Shown here: positions 8,517 to 17,747 of the stretch, piece by piece | How the letters are laid out: every line of letters starts with the position of its first letter | Position numbering within the stretch: the first letter of the stretch is position 1 | Virus record (IMG/VR): IMGVR_UViG_3300010206_000037 | Span: 1-37,977 of that record | Direction: 5' to 3' (one strand) | DNA from: a virus | Taxonomy: Duplodnaviria; Caudoviricetes | Length of the DNA: 37,977 nucleotides | Notes under the pieces: model-generated | What the model was told of the DNA's origin: nothing | Databases searched by the model: none | What the model saw: the letters and a program-made list of their open reading frames with translations, nothing else | Made by a program: the position numbers and the translations under genes

Positions 8517-10478
8517 TTATCCGTGGTTCGAGAGGGGTTCGTCGTGATTGTCGTCGTCCCAGAAGCTGAAGCGCTTTGTGGGCTTGGGGTCGGGCAGCGG
8601 CACCAGCACCGAGAGGTCGGCTTTGCCGCGCTTGTGCTCGGCGGTGATTTCCTTGGCGTCGTGATCGTGCTTGGTCAGCTGGGTTGCGCCGTTCGGCCTG
8701 TTGATCTCGGGAGTCGCGACAGCGGTCACCAGCGCCTTCACCGATTCCATCGCGTCGGTGGTCTTGATCTCGGGGAAAAGTTCTTTCAGGATCTTCTCCT
8801 CGCGCTTTTTGCGGGCTACGCCTTCCATCACCTGTTCCTTGCCGATGGCATCGCCGTGGGAAACCATGGCGTTCACCGCCAGAACCAGTTCCGCTTCGCC
8901 CAAAAGCTGGCCATCCTCGGCGTAGCACCAGGCAATGCGCAAATCCTCGGGGTCGTAGCGCAGCACCACGCTCTTGCCCTTGTGCGTGGGCATCCACTCA
9001 GCCCACCAGGTGCATTTCATTTCGGCCAGATGGAAACCCCTCGGGCCAATGCGCCCTGTGGCGATCCGTGTGGTCAGCATGCTGGCCGTCTCGACGCTCA
9101 CGCTACGCATGGGCTCACGCTGTACGATCAGTGTGTTCCAGGCTTCCGCAGGGGACTGACCTCCTAGATGCTTGCCGTCGCTACGGATGCCGGAGAAAAC
9201 CTTTTCTAGATATTCCGTGGCCAAGGTCTTAAAGTCGTCCCATGCGATCACGTCGCCGCGCTTGAGGCGACCCTTCAGGCTCTCGGGCTTCTCTGCAACC
9301 GAGCCACCTTTGAAAGTGGAAAAGAGACGGTCAAAGCCGTTCTTTATGTTCAGGAACTGGCGTTCGATGATCTTGGCGCGGGCATTGCGCACAATGGCAA
9401 AGTGCATCTTGATGTCGAGACGATGGGCCAACGATTCGGCGTATTGCTCGTTGTCAATAATCTTGTGGCCACGGGTCTGGCCCGAGAAGTCCTTGTTGCG
9501 GTACTCGCGACCATTGTCCACATAAAGTTCATTTGGCACGCCGTAGGTCTCGATGCCCTTGCGGATGGCACGCAGGGTGTTGTCGGTGCCTGGGGCGGAG
9601 GTATGCAGATGCCAGCCCATGGGCAGGAATGTGCGCATGTCGATGAATAACGTGATGTAAGCGGTGCTTGGAGTCTCCTGTCCATTCTCCTTGACGAATA
9701 CGTCCCAGGTGCGGGTATCGCCCACCCAGATATATCCTGCGGGGATGCTTGAAAAGTCTCGTTCGATGTGGTATCCCTGCGTGTTATAGAAGGCTTTCTT
9801 CCCTTCGCGGGCATAGAGGATCAGTCCATCGGAGACTTCGCGGCGCAGGCGGCGCTCGAAGGCGCTGGCGGATGGAAAATCTTTGGGGCCCGACACATGC
9901 CCTGCATCCATGGCCTTGCCCAGGGTAATGCGCCAAGCATGCGACACGGGCAGTTTGTTGTCGTTGAGGTAGCATTGCTTGAACCAGTCCCACCACTCGT
10001 CCTTGACCGTGCTCCCAGGGGTACGGCACTCGTTGAGCAGGGACATGCGGCCATGCTCGGCCACCTGCGCCCTGACGCGGTAAATGCTACCGGCGCTGGT
10101 TTTCATTTCGGGGAACTCTTTGTTCCAATGGCTTACCCAAAGGTTAATGGCGGCGGTTCCTACGATGCCTTCGCTGCGGGCAAGGATCTGGCACCACATA
10201 TCGAAGTGTTTCTTGACGCGCTTTGTGGAGCGGTCGTAGGTGCGCATGACCAGCTCGGTATCTTCCGTGTTGACCTTCACTTCGGGAATGTGAGGCATCT
10301 CGGCCAGCATGTAGAGGTCGATGGCCGTCTGCGGCAAGCTCTTGAGCTGGATTTCAAGCGCTCCATTGTTGTAGCGGTAGTTCCACAGTCGCATGGAGTT
10401 GCGCACATGGCGGTCGGTACAGCCGAGCAACTCAGCCACCTGTGCGGAGCCCAGCCAGATGTCGGCAGGAGTATTCAT
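8517..10478 (-). CDS. MuA-like DDE transposase
   Basis: N-terminal HTH; WVGDT, YVDNGREY and AKIIER (DDE triad); C-terminal VLRYDPEDL Mu-transposase motif. Confidence 0.95.
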   Translation of the reverse strand: MNTPADIWLGSAQVAELLGCTDRHVRNSMRLWNYRYNNGALEIQLKSLPQTAIDLYMLAEMPHIPEVKVNTEDTELVMRTYDRSTKRVKKHFDMWCQILARSEGIVGTAAINLWVSHWNKEFPEMKTSAGSIYRVRAQVAEHGRMSLLNECRTPGSTVKDEWWDWFKQCYLNDNKLPVSHAWRITLGKAMDAGHVSGPKDFPSASAFERRLRREVSDGLILYAREGKKAFYNTQGYHIERDFSSIPAGYIWVGDTRTWDVFVKENGQETPSTAYITLFIDMRTFLPMGWHLHTSAPGTDNTLRAIRKGIETYGVPNELYVDNGREYRNKDFSGQTRGHKIIDNEQYAESLAHRLDIKMHFAIVRNARAKIIERQFLNIKNGFDRLFSTFKGGSVAEKPESLKGRLKRGDVIAWDDFKTLATEYLEKVFSGIRSDGKHLGGQSPAEAWNTLIVQREPMRSVSVETASMLTTRIATGRIGPRGFHLAEMKCTWWAEWMPTHKGKSVVLRYDPEDLRIAWCYAEDGQLLGEAELVLAVNAMVSHGDAIGKEQVMEGVARKKREEKILKELFPEIKTTDAMESVKALVTAVATPEINRPNGATQLTKHDHDAKEITAEHKRGKADLSVLVPLPDPKPTKRFSFWDDDNHDEPLSNHG

Positions 10479-10630
10479 TTTGCAACCGCCTTGTCGTTAG
10501 ACATGAATTCGCGATAAGCGCCGATGCTCAAGCAGGGCCCACAGCACCATACGCCGTTGATGCGTACTGATGGCTCGCGGATATCGCAGCAAGTGCAGCT
10601 TGCAGGGACTTCATCACGCACGCGCTTCAT
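10475..10630 (-). CDS. 51-aa zinc-finger-like protein (not in ORF track)
   Basis: MKRVRDEVPASCTCCDIREPSVRINGVWCCGPCLSIGAYREFMSNDKAVAK; ATGA overlaps with both neighbours. Confidence 0.65.
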   Translation of the reverse strand: MKRVRDEVPASCTCCDIREPSVRINGVWCCGPCLSIGAYREFMSNDKAVAK

Positions 10631-10869
10631 GAGTTGCTCTCCATGGGCTCAACCCGGTCATCGTCTCTCAGCGCCATGGGACACAGGATTTCCATCACCA
10701 CGGAGTGGATCTGGCGCAAGTAGGACTGTGCCAGATTGCGGGCTTGTTCGTCTTTTGCAAGCAAGCGGTCAAGGTGAGATTCCATTTCAGTCACGGACAC
10801 GACAAAGAGTGCGTCCGACCGACATATGCGAGTTTTGCCGCTTCCACGGCCACCTCTTGTCAATTGCAT
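10627..10869 (-). CDS. Hypothetical protein
   Basis: AAGGAGG RBS; translationally coupled within the early operon. Confidence 0.55.
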   Translation of the reverse strand: MQLTRGGRGSGKTRICRSDALFVVSVTEMESHLDRLLAKDEQARNLAQSYLRQIHSVVMEILCPMALRDDDRVEPMESNS

Positions 10870-10870
10870 T

Positions 10871-11068
10871 TCAACCCTCCTTGATTGCGGTTTGAATCAT
10901 GTATTTCTTGGGCTCAAGAAGGTTCGGAATGAACCACTCGAATACGGGAATCTCGTGCAGCAAGGGCCAGCGCCCACGGACATAACTCACGATGAACTGC
11001 TCTTCGGTTTCCAGGATTACGTCTTCCACATGGGTGTGGAGGTTGTGGCACACGAGTAGGCGGGTCAT
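10871..11068 (-). CDS. Hypothetical protein
   Basis: GGAGG RBS; ATGA overlap with the Bro-N gene. Confidence 0.6.
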   Translation of the reverse strand: MTRLLVCHNLHTHVEDVILETEEQFIVSYVRGRWPLLHEIPVFEWFIPNLLEPKKYMIQTAIKEG

Positions 11069-11706
11069 ATCGCCTCCAACCCCTTCTCAATGACATAGCC
11101 GATAAAGTCTTCATGGGTTTCGAAGACGGTTCCAGCTTGTGCAAGGCGGGCGCGGGTTTCGCGCAACTTGCAGACCGGCTCTTCTGAAAAGCGGAGCTGA
11201 AGTCTATCTGGGAAGAGCTCCATCTGTTCGGCATGCTTGGCCTTGGCTTCATCAAGGATGGCGCGGCCATCTTCGTTGGGATTGAGTTTGCGGCTGTACT
11301 TGCCGGTGCGGCGTAGGCCGGGCAATACCTCTTCCATGACCCAGCGCTCGAACTCTTGGGCTTCGGGCTTCTTGGAGCGGATGATCAGGCGATAGAGGTC
11401 TGGCTCGCCGATAATCAGGATCCAGCGGCCCTGCGGACCACTCTTGTCGGCGATCTTATGGATGTTCTTGCAGTGTTTCTGGATAGCATCGTCTGGGTCG
11501 GCGTATCCGAGAACCTTCGCCACCTGGCTGGCCTTGAACAATGGCTCTTTGTTGGTCGCGCCCTTCATGATATGAAAGCATTCGCCGTTGAAGAATTCAT
11601 AGGCGATGCGGTTGCTGATTTTAGCCTCGACGGCGGGGACCTGATCCGGCGTTTCGCCGGAACAGGTCTGGTCATTTTTGGCGATTGCGGGGAGGTTCTT
11701 GCTCAT
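11065..11706 (-). CDS. Bro-N domain protein (antirepressor-like)
   Basis: EPLFKASQVAKVLGY..AIQKHCK..IGEPDLYRLIIRSKKPEAQEFERWVMEEVLPGLRRTGKY. Start taken at MSKN (11706) because the upstream part of the track ORF overlaps the Ner-like gene. Confidence 0.9.
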   Translation of the reverse strand: MSKNLPAIAKNDQTCSGETPDQVPAVEAKISNRIAYEFFNGECFHIMKGATNKEPLFKASQVAKVLGYADPDDAIQKHCKNIHKIADKSGPQGRWILIIGEPDLYRLIIRSKKPEAQEFERWVMEEVLPGLRRTGKYSRKLNPNEDGRAILDEAKAKHAEQMELFPDRLQLRFSEEPVCKLRETRARLAQAGTVFETHEDFIGYVIEKGLEAI

Positions 11707-11708
11707 GA

Positions 11709-11897
11709 TTAGGCCGCCTTCAAGGGGAGGACGCCGAGCTTTTCCAGCACGGGCTGAAGCGTCTTGTTGATGCGCCAACCTGTGGCGACTTCCCTTATAT
11801 ATTGGGCGCTGTAGGTCTTTCCAGTCACTTTGGACACCTCGGCAGCGACGGCGATCCATGAAAATTTCGTGGTGACAAATGCGGGGTTTTGAGTCAT
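11709..11897 (-). CDS. Ner/Cro-like small DNA-binding protein
   Basis: 62 aa, first gene of the early operon, divergent from the repressor, GGAG RBS, HTH-like segment WIAVAAEV..YSAQYIREVATG. Confidence 0.65.
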   Translation of the reverse strand: MTQNPAFVTTKFSWIAVAAEVSKVTGKTYSAQYIREVATGWRINKTLQPVLEKLGVLPLKAA

Positions 11898-11932
11898 ATC
11901 GCTCTCCGTTTGTTATGTTGTATGGTGCAGGT

Positions 11933-11997
11933 GTTGTAACAACCACACTTAAACAAAATAAAACAGTGTTTAACTCATGTCAAGAGAAAAGTTAAAC
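11933..11997. promoter_or_regulatory. Early promoter and operators of the lysis/lysogeny switch
   Basis: Minus-strand TTGACA (11983-11978), 17-bp spacer, TATTTT (11960-11955). Inverted TTAAAC/GTTTAA half-sites at 11949, 11968 and 11992. Palindrome GTTGT-A-ACAAC at 11933-11943. Confidence 0.7.
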
Positions 11998-12477
11998 GGC
12001 GTTGAATTTTCTTCGGAATCTTTGCGCCTGTTCGCAAAAGAGCGGTTTGGTAGCTTGAAGGGCCTTTCGGATGCGATGGGAATCAGTCCGCCACATCTAT
12101 CTGCCTATCTCAGTGGAAGTAGAGCTTGGGGAGCCGCCTTTAGGGAGAAGCTTGCCGAAATTGGTTATGGAGCTAGTTCACCTGAGCAAATTAAACCTTG
12201 TTTAACCCCGCAAGCTCCAGTCCCAATTGAATCTTGTCCGCTCTACCTCGATATAGCCGGAGCCGTGGAACTCACCCGCTCACCAGCAAAGCGACTGGCC
12301 CAGCTTATACAGGTAGCCCCTGGCACATTGGAGGCATGGGAGAGCGGCGAAGCATCGCCCACCATAGCACAACTGGGGGCCCTGCTAAATCAGGTAGTGG
12401 CGCTAGGGCTTGCAAGATGCGCGGAACATGACCGTCGCCCTGCGGTCCAGGAGGAGAGACGGGCCGCCGCTGGCTGA
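11977..12477 (+). CDS. Repressor-like protein with two XRE-type HTH domains
   Basis: SLKGLSDAMGISPPHLSAYLSG and AKRLAQLIQVAPGTLEAWESG; divergent from the Ner-like gene. The start codon is uncertain. Confidence 0.75.
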   Translation: MSREKLNGVEFSSESLRLFAKERFGSLKGLSDAMGISPPHLSAYLSGSRAWGAAFREKLAEIGYGASSPEQIKPCLTPQAPVPIESCPLYLDIAGAVELTRSPAKRLAQLIQVAPGTLEAWESGEASPTIAQLGALLNQVVALGLARCAEHDRRPAVQEERRAAAG

Positions 12478-12549
12478 TCCGTGTGGAAGGACGTGTTATT
12501 GAATTGGAGAGAGTATGATCACTGCATATTCAAAAATTGAGGGTACAAC

Positions 12550-13911
12550 GTGCTAGTAACAATCATCATTATGGGCGTTCTATGCGTTGCGCTCTTATAC
12601 CTTTGGCATAAAGCCACTGCCGAAAACAAGTCGCTTAAGTCTCGCTATGGCAGCATCATTAATGAAGAAGAACACCTAGCTACCATTATATCGGAACAGC
12701 GGGCAAGAGAAGCCGAGAGCAGTAAAGAACAGGGTATTATTGACAATTTGAAAGCAGAAAGCACTGCTCTATACAATCAGATCGCCAATCTTGAAGTGGA
12801 CGTTCTATTGAATGAGGTTGGCTTATATAAGCCGAAGTTTGATTTGGATTCATCTGAAGATTACAGGCGCAGATTAGATCTCTGTTACGCAGCAGCCGCA
12901 GATTTGATAAAGAGTAAAAAAGCGGTTTCGTGTCCTGGAAATATGACTCTTGATGGTAGTCTGTCCAAGGGACAAAAGATGATGAACAATATTGTTAAGC
13001 TAATGCTCCGAGCTTTTAACGGTGAGTGCGACGCTTGTATTGCGAAGGTAAAGTGGGATAATGTTCAGCGTATGGAAGACAGAATTAAGAAGGCGTTCGA
13101 AGTAGTCAATAAATCGTCAGAATCCTATAACAGCAGCATCACATGGAAATACATGGAGTCCAGGTTAGATGAGCTTCATCTTGAGTATGAATTAGAAGTG
13201 AAAAAGAATGAAGAAAAAGAAGAGCAGCGCAGGATAAAAGAGGAAATGAGGGAGGAAGAAAAGGCTAGGCGCGAAATAGAGAAAGCCAAAGAAGATGCTG
13301 AAAAAGAAGAAGCCAGGTATCAGTCGGCTTTGGAAAAAGCCAGAATGGAATTATCGAAGGCTACAGACGCGAAGAAAGATGTGCTAGCTGAAAAAGTCGC
13401 CCAGCTTGAGGAGCAGTTGAAGAAAGCTCATGAGATGAAGGTTCGCGCTATTTCTAGAGCGCAAATGACCAAGTCTGGCCATGTGTATATCATTTCGAAT
13501 ATCGGATCTTTTGGCGAAAACATGTTCAAGATAGGCATGACCCGCAGACTTGAACCATTAGACCGCGTTAAAGAACTCGGTGATGCTTCTGTTCCTTTTT
13601 CATTCGATGTGCACGGTATGTTCTTTTCAGAAAACGCACCTGCTTTAGAAAACATGCTGCATAAAGCTTTTGCTGATAAGCGAGTAAATCTTGTCAACTT
13701 GAGAAAAGAGTTTTTCAACCTCTCACTGCATGATATAGAAGGGTGGGCTGGGGAAAATAGTCACAATCTAAAGCTAACGAAGCTTGCTGAAGCAAGAGAG
13801 TGGCGCGAGACTCAGGCAATTAAAGCAAAAGGCATTGCAGCCATTATTGATGCAAGTAATCAAATGGTAACGGCTACTGAGTTGAAATCATCGAATGAAG
13901 AGGACGATTGA
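12550..13911 (+). CDS. DUF4041 / T5orf172 (GIY-YIG-like) protein with N-terminal TM and coiled coil
   Basis: KLMLRAFNGECD; GHVYIISNIGSFGENMFKIGMTRRLEPLDRVKELGDASVPFSFDVH..RVNLVNLRKEFF. Confidence 0.92.
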   Translation: MLVTIIIMGVLCVALLYLWHKATAENKSLKSRYGSIINEEEHLATIISEQRAREAESSKEQGIIDNLKAESTALYNQIANLEVDVLLNEVGLYKPKFDLDSSEDYRRRLDLCYAAAADLIKSKKAVSCPGNMTLDGSLSKGQKMMNNIVKLMLRAFNGECDACIAKVKWDNVQRMEDRIKKAFEVVNKSSESYNSSITWKYMESRLDELHLEYELEVKKNEEKEEQRRIKEEMREEEKARREIEKAKEDAEKEEARYQSALEKARMELSKATDAKKDVLAEKVAQLEEQLKKAHEMKVRAISRAQMTKSGHVYIISNIGSFGENMFKIGMTRRLEPLDRVKELGDASVPFSFDVHGMFFSENAPALENMLHKAFADKRVNLVNLRKEFFNLSLHDIEGWAGENSHNLKLTKLAEAREWRETQAIKAKGIAAIIDASNQMVTATELKSSNEEDD

Positions 13912-13913
13912 CA

Positions 13914-14108
13914 ATGGCAAAAGATGGTAATGGAAGATCAATAGAATCAGGCACGCCTGAGTCTAATGTCGATGATAAGCGACCTAATTGCCCTGGATGT
14001 GCGCACCATGAATTCGAGCTTATGGAAATCAAACCACGAAATTTGCAGACAAATATTACGGTACTCGTTTGCGTGAATTGTGGAGCCCTTTGCGGGGTGT
14101 TGGGGTAA
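13914..14108 (+). CDS. Small Zn-ribbon protein
   Basis: CPGC..CVNCG pairs; ATG 2 bp after the upstream stop. Confidence 0.65.
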   Translation: MAKDGNGRSIESGTPESNVDDKRPNCPGCAHHEFELMEIKPRNLQTNITVLVCVNCGALCGVLG

Positions 14109-14113
14109 GTAGT

Positions 14114-14542
14114 ATGGGGGAATTCAAGATGTTTTTGGATAAATCAAAGAAAGAATCTGCGAATTTGGACTTGAAAATTCGGAGTGTGTACACCAACGTA
14201 AATGGCGACTCCCGAGTTGTAATTGATGTAGTGGCTATGCATGATGTGAATCTTCATTCTTACATAATTCATGATGAAACATTTGATTCAGATGGCTCCA
14301 AATCAAATGTTTTCCAGCATTTCTATAGATTTCCTGCAGGAGCGATTGCCAAACCCGGTTCAATTGTTCGCTTGTTTTCGAGAGTAGGAAGTGATCATCC
14401 AAATGGTCGTAAATTCGATGGCGATGAATCGTTGTACTATGACTTTTTTTGGGGCAGTAATGCCTCGGTTTGGAATGAAAACGATAAAGCGCATCTACTG
14501 AAAGTGTCGCCAATTGACTCAAAGCAAATCCAAGACAAGTAA
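14114..14542 (+). CDS. Lamin-tail-domain (LTD)-like protein
   Basis: VNLHSYIIHD..YRFP..KPGSIVRLFSRVG..FFWG..VWNENDKAHL resembles the LTD consensus; alternative start at 14129. Confidence 0.6.
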   Translation: MGEFKMFLDKSKKESANLDLKIRSVYTNVNGDSRVVIDVVAMHDVNLHSYIIHDETFDSDGSKSNVFQHFYRFPAGAIAKPGSIVRLFSRVGSDHPNGRKFDGDESLYYDFFWGSNASVWNENDKAHLLKVSPIDSKQIQDK

Positions 14543-14568
14543 TTTTATTTCGGTAAAATGGAGTAATC

Positions 14569-15930
14569 ATGGCAATTGTGATTAATGCAAAACTGAAAGA
14601 TCTCGATTTAGATCTTGAAAACCCAAGACTTCATAAGCCCGCAAATCAACGGGATGTAATTGGACAATTATTGTCAACAGGTAAAGAAGCTGAGAAAAAA
14701 CATCTAAACCTTGCAAAAGATATCCTAGAGAATGGGCTGAATCCAACAGATTTAATCATTGTGAGTCCAGCTTCAGAAAAGGGTAGACGGATCGTTTATG
14801 AGGGCAATCGACGCGTATGCGCAATGCTCTGTATTCAGAATCCAGACTTTTTAGAAGGTATTAGCAATCGCCTCAAACGAGCGTTTTCGGATTTGAATAC
14901 GAAACTTTTACCAAAGACAATAACCTGCGTTGAAATGAGCCGCCAAGACGCAACTCTATGGATAGTTAAAAAGCATATGGGTGTTAATGAAGGACGGGGA
15001 ACTTGGACCTGGTCTTCTCTACAAAAAGCTAGATGGGATTATTCAGTTACTGGAGTGATGAATACCCATATTGCCATTCAAATGATTATTCAAGACGATG
15101 AAGATGGGATGATAGCATTCGAAGAGTCGAACACAACAACAGTCGTCCGTATTATCGAATCTGCACTAGTTCAAGAATATGTCGGCTATTATTTTAAAGA
15201 AAAGCAAATTCAGTCTGATTTAGATGAAAATGAACTGCGCTATCGATTTGTCAGCATTATAAAAGCAGTGCCCGAAGTCCGTGACGTATATACCGATAGT
15301 CTTGCGAAGGGCTGGGTTTCCAGAACGTTCCCTCAATTCAAGGTCAAGCCAGTTCCTGTTGCGGTCTTACCTAAAAGTCAAGAAAAATCGCAAATTGAAA
15401 CAGTCGTTGTGTCTGCCACCAGACCGGTCTATTCGCGTAAAACTCGCGCACCAAAATATGGACTTGATAGGAAATATCTGATTAGCAAGGGAAGCCTTCC
15501 TAATATACCATCAGATACGCGTTTGTCTGACATGTATATAGAGCTATCTCAACGATTAGTCGTCAATGAAGTCGCAAATGCATGTGCAGTTCTTTTTCGA
15601 TCATTCATTGAATTGACGCTTAAAGAATTCATGCGGAGTCATAAAATTCATGACACAAAAGAGATGGTTGATAAGCTTCGCAACACTAAAAAAGTTGAAT
15701 TATCGCTAAAGGAAAAGCTTTTTGCATCAATAGATAAACTTATCGTACTGTATCCCGATGAAAAAAAGGCCCTAGCATCAGCTAAACAAGCCATATCTTC
15801 GACTCCGCTATATCAAATTAGTGACATGAACGCATTTGTGCATGATCCAAATTTCCATCCAGATCCATCAGGATTGAAATCCACATGGGATAATTTAAGG
15901 ATCGTGTTCACACTTATCTTTCGAGCATGA
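14569..15930 (+). CDS. ParB/Srx-like N-terminal domain + HEPN-like C-terminal domain; probable defence effector
   Basis: LDLDLENPRL and IVYEGNRRVCA (ParB-like); NACAVLFRSFIELTL..MNAFVHDP..STWDNL (HEPN-like helical bundle). Confidence 0.7.
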   Translation: MAIVINAKLKDLDLDLENPRLHKPANQRDVIGQLLSTGKEAEKKHLNLAKDILENGLNPTDLIIVSPASEKGRRIVYEGNRRVCAMLCIQNPDFLEGISNRLKRAFSDLNTKLLPKTITCVEMSRQDATLWIVKKHMGVNEGRGTWTWSSLQKARWDYSVTGVMNTHIAIQMIIQDDEDGMIAFEESNTTTVVRIIESALVQEYVGYYFKEKQIQSDLDENELRYRFVSIIKAVPEVRDVYTDSLAKGWVSRTFPQFKVKPVPVAVLPKSQEKSQIETVVVSATRPVYSRKTRAPKYGLDRKYLISKGSLPNIPSDTRLSDMYIELSQRLVVNEVANACAVLFRSFIELTLKEFMRSHKIHDTKEMVDKLRNTKKVELSLKEKLFASIDKLIVLYPDEKKALASAKQAISSTPLYQISDMNAFVHDPNFHPDPSGLKSTWDNLRIVFTLIFRA

Positions 15931-15975
15931 AGTAGATCAGGATTGAATCACTTAATAAAAAAGTAACTTTGATAA

Positions 15976-16848
15976 ATGTCTGGTTCTAAATCTATTTATA
16001 CTCCGTTGCGGTATCCTGGTGGAAAAGCGAAACTTGCAAATTTCATTAAACTTATTCTTCACGAAAATGATTTAATAGATGGGCATTATGCTGAGCCTTA
16101 TGCAGGTGGAGCTGGAGTCGCTTTTGAATTGCTCTTGCAAGGTTATACCCAAGAGGTCCACATCAATGACATTGACCCCGGCGTTCATGCCTTTTGGAAC
16201 GCTGTACTCAACCAAACGGATGAACTCTGTCGAAGGATTTCCAGAGTCACGCTGAGCGTGCCAACCTGGAAACGCCAGCGCAATATTCAGCGCGAAATCA
16301 CGGATCCGTTGTCGTTTGAACTGGGTTTCTCTACGTTCTACTTGAATCGGACCAATCGCTCTGGAATTATCAAAGGCGGCGTGATCGGTGGTTTGGACCA
16401 AACCGGTAATTACAAGATTGATGCTCGGTTCAACCGAGAAAAATTGATCAAGCGAATTGAAAAAATTGCCTATTTCTCGGATCGTGTACACCTTTCCAAT
16501 GAAGATGCAATTTTATTTCTCGCCCGAATGGACAGGGAATTGCCTGAAAAATCCCTGACATATCTAGACCCACCTTACTATGTGAAGGGCGGCGACCTCT
16601 ATAAAAACTTCTACAAGCATAGCGATCATGCCCGAGTTGAATCGGCAGTCCGGACATTTTCAAAACACTGGATAGTTAGCTATGACAATGTTCCGCAAAT
16701 ACAAGACCTGTATTCTTGGAGCCGTGGAATAGTTTACGACCTGAACTATAGCGCCCATACGGCTGGCATTGGTTCGGAAGCAATGTTTTTTAGTGCGGAT
16801 TTATCCATTCCAGAAGTTGAGAACCCCTCAAAAGTACATGTAGCTTAG
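15976..16848 (+). CDS. DNA adenine methyltransferase (D12 class), partner of the ParB-HEPN gene
   Basis: TPLRYPGGK, EPYAGGAG, INDID, YLNRTNRSG, YLDPPY. Confidence 0.92.
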   Translation: MSGSKSIYTPLRYPGGKAKLANFIKLILHENDLIDGHYAEPYAGGAGVAFELLLQGYTQEVHINDIDPGVHAFWNAVLNQTDELCRRISRVTLSVPTWKRQRNIQREITDPLSFELGFSTFYLNRTNRSGIIKGGVIGGLDQTGNYKIDARFNREKLIKRIEKIAYFSDRVHLSNEDAILFLARMDRELPEKSLTYLDPPYYVKGGDLYKNFYKHSDHARVESAVRTFSKHWIVSYDNVPQIQDLYSWSRGIVYDLNYSAHTAGIGSEAMFFSADLSIPEVENPSKVHVA

Positions 16849-16901
16849 CATTTTCACTCTGTTCACTTGTTGTGTTGTTTGAGGTTGCCTAACCTTGGCC
16901 C

Positions 16902-17702
16902 ATGCCAAACATCAAACCGACCCTCAAGACTCCAGTCAGCTACTACGGTGGCAAACAAAAACTCTGCAAAACCATCCTGGGGCTAATACCCCCACATAGC
17001 CTCTACTGCGAACCCTTTGTGGGCGGTGGGGCTATTTTCTTTGCCAAGCCCAAGAGCGAAGTAGAAGTGATCAACGACACCAATGGCGAGCTGATCAACT
17101 TCTATCGCGTGGTGCAGCGCGACTTCGTGTCGCTGGAAAAAGAGATCCACATCAGTCTACACAGCCGGGACATGCACCGCAAGGCTTCGGTTGTCTACAA
17201 CAATCCGGACATGTTCAATGAGGTGCGCCGCGCCTGGGCGGTGTGGGTGCTGGCCCACATGAGCTTTAGCAGTATGCTCGATGGCTCCTTTGGTTACGAC
17301 AAGACCAAGGGCACCACCAGCAAGAAGATCGCGAACGCCCGCGAGGCCTTCTCGGAAGAACTGGCGATCCGCATGCAGCAAACCCAGATAGAGTGCACCG
17401 ACGCCCTGCGCATCATTGAGAGCCGCGACACACCCGATGCGTTCCACTATTGCGACCCCCCATATTTCAATAGCGACTGCGGTCACTACGACGGTTATAC
17501 ACAAGCGGACTTTGAAGCCCTGCTGAAGGTGCTTTCAAAGGTGCAGGGCAAGTTCCTGCTGAGCAGCTACCCGTCCCCAATTTTGGCCGAGTACACGACC
17601 CACTATGGTTGGAAACAGGACCGTCATGAAATGGACGTGACCGTTGCGGCCAAGAGCGGCAAGCGAAAAGTTAAAACTGAAGTGTTAACTCGAAACTATT
17701 AG
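16902..17702 (+). CDS. Second DNA adenine methyltransferase (D12 class, phage type)
   Basis: SYYGGK, EPFVGGG, EVIND, YCDPPY, EVLTRNY; base composition like the phage core. Confidence 0.92.
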   Translation: MPNIKPTLKTPVSYYGGKQKLCKTILGLIPPHSLYCEPFVGGGAIFFAKPKSEVEVINDTNGELINFYRVVQRDFVSLEKEIHISLHSRDMHRKASVVYNNPDMFNEVRRAWAVWVLAHMSFSSMLDGSFGYDKTKGTTSKKIANAREAFSEELAIRMQQTQIECTDALRIIESRDTPDAFHYCDPPYFNSDCGHYDGYTQADFEALLKVLSKVQGKFLLSSYPSPILAEYTTHYGWKQDRHEMDVTVAAKSGKRKVKTEVLTRNY

Positions 17703-17747
17703 TGCCCATCGGAGTAACTGTTTGGTGAATTAGTTATTTTTTTAGGA

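Noticed and set aside
11707-11946. N-terminal extension of the Bro-N ORF in the track (start 11946)
   Set aside because: It overlaps the better-supported Ner-like gene, which has its own RBS; the Bro-N start was moved to 11706.
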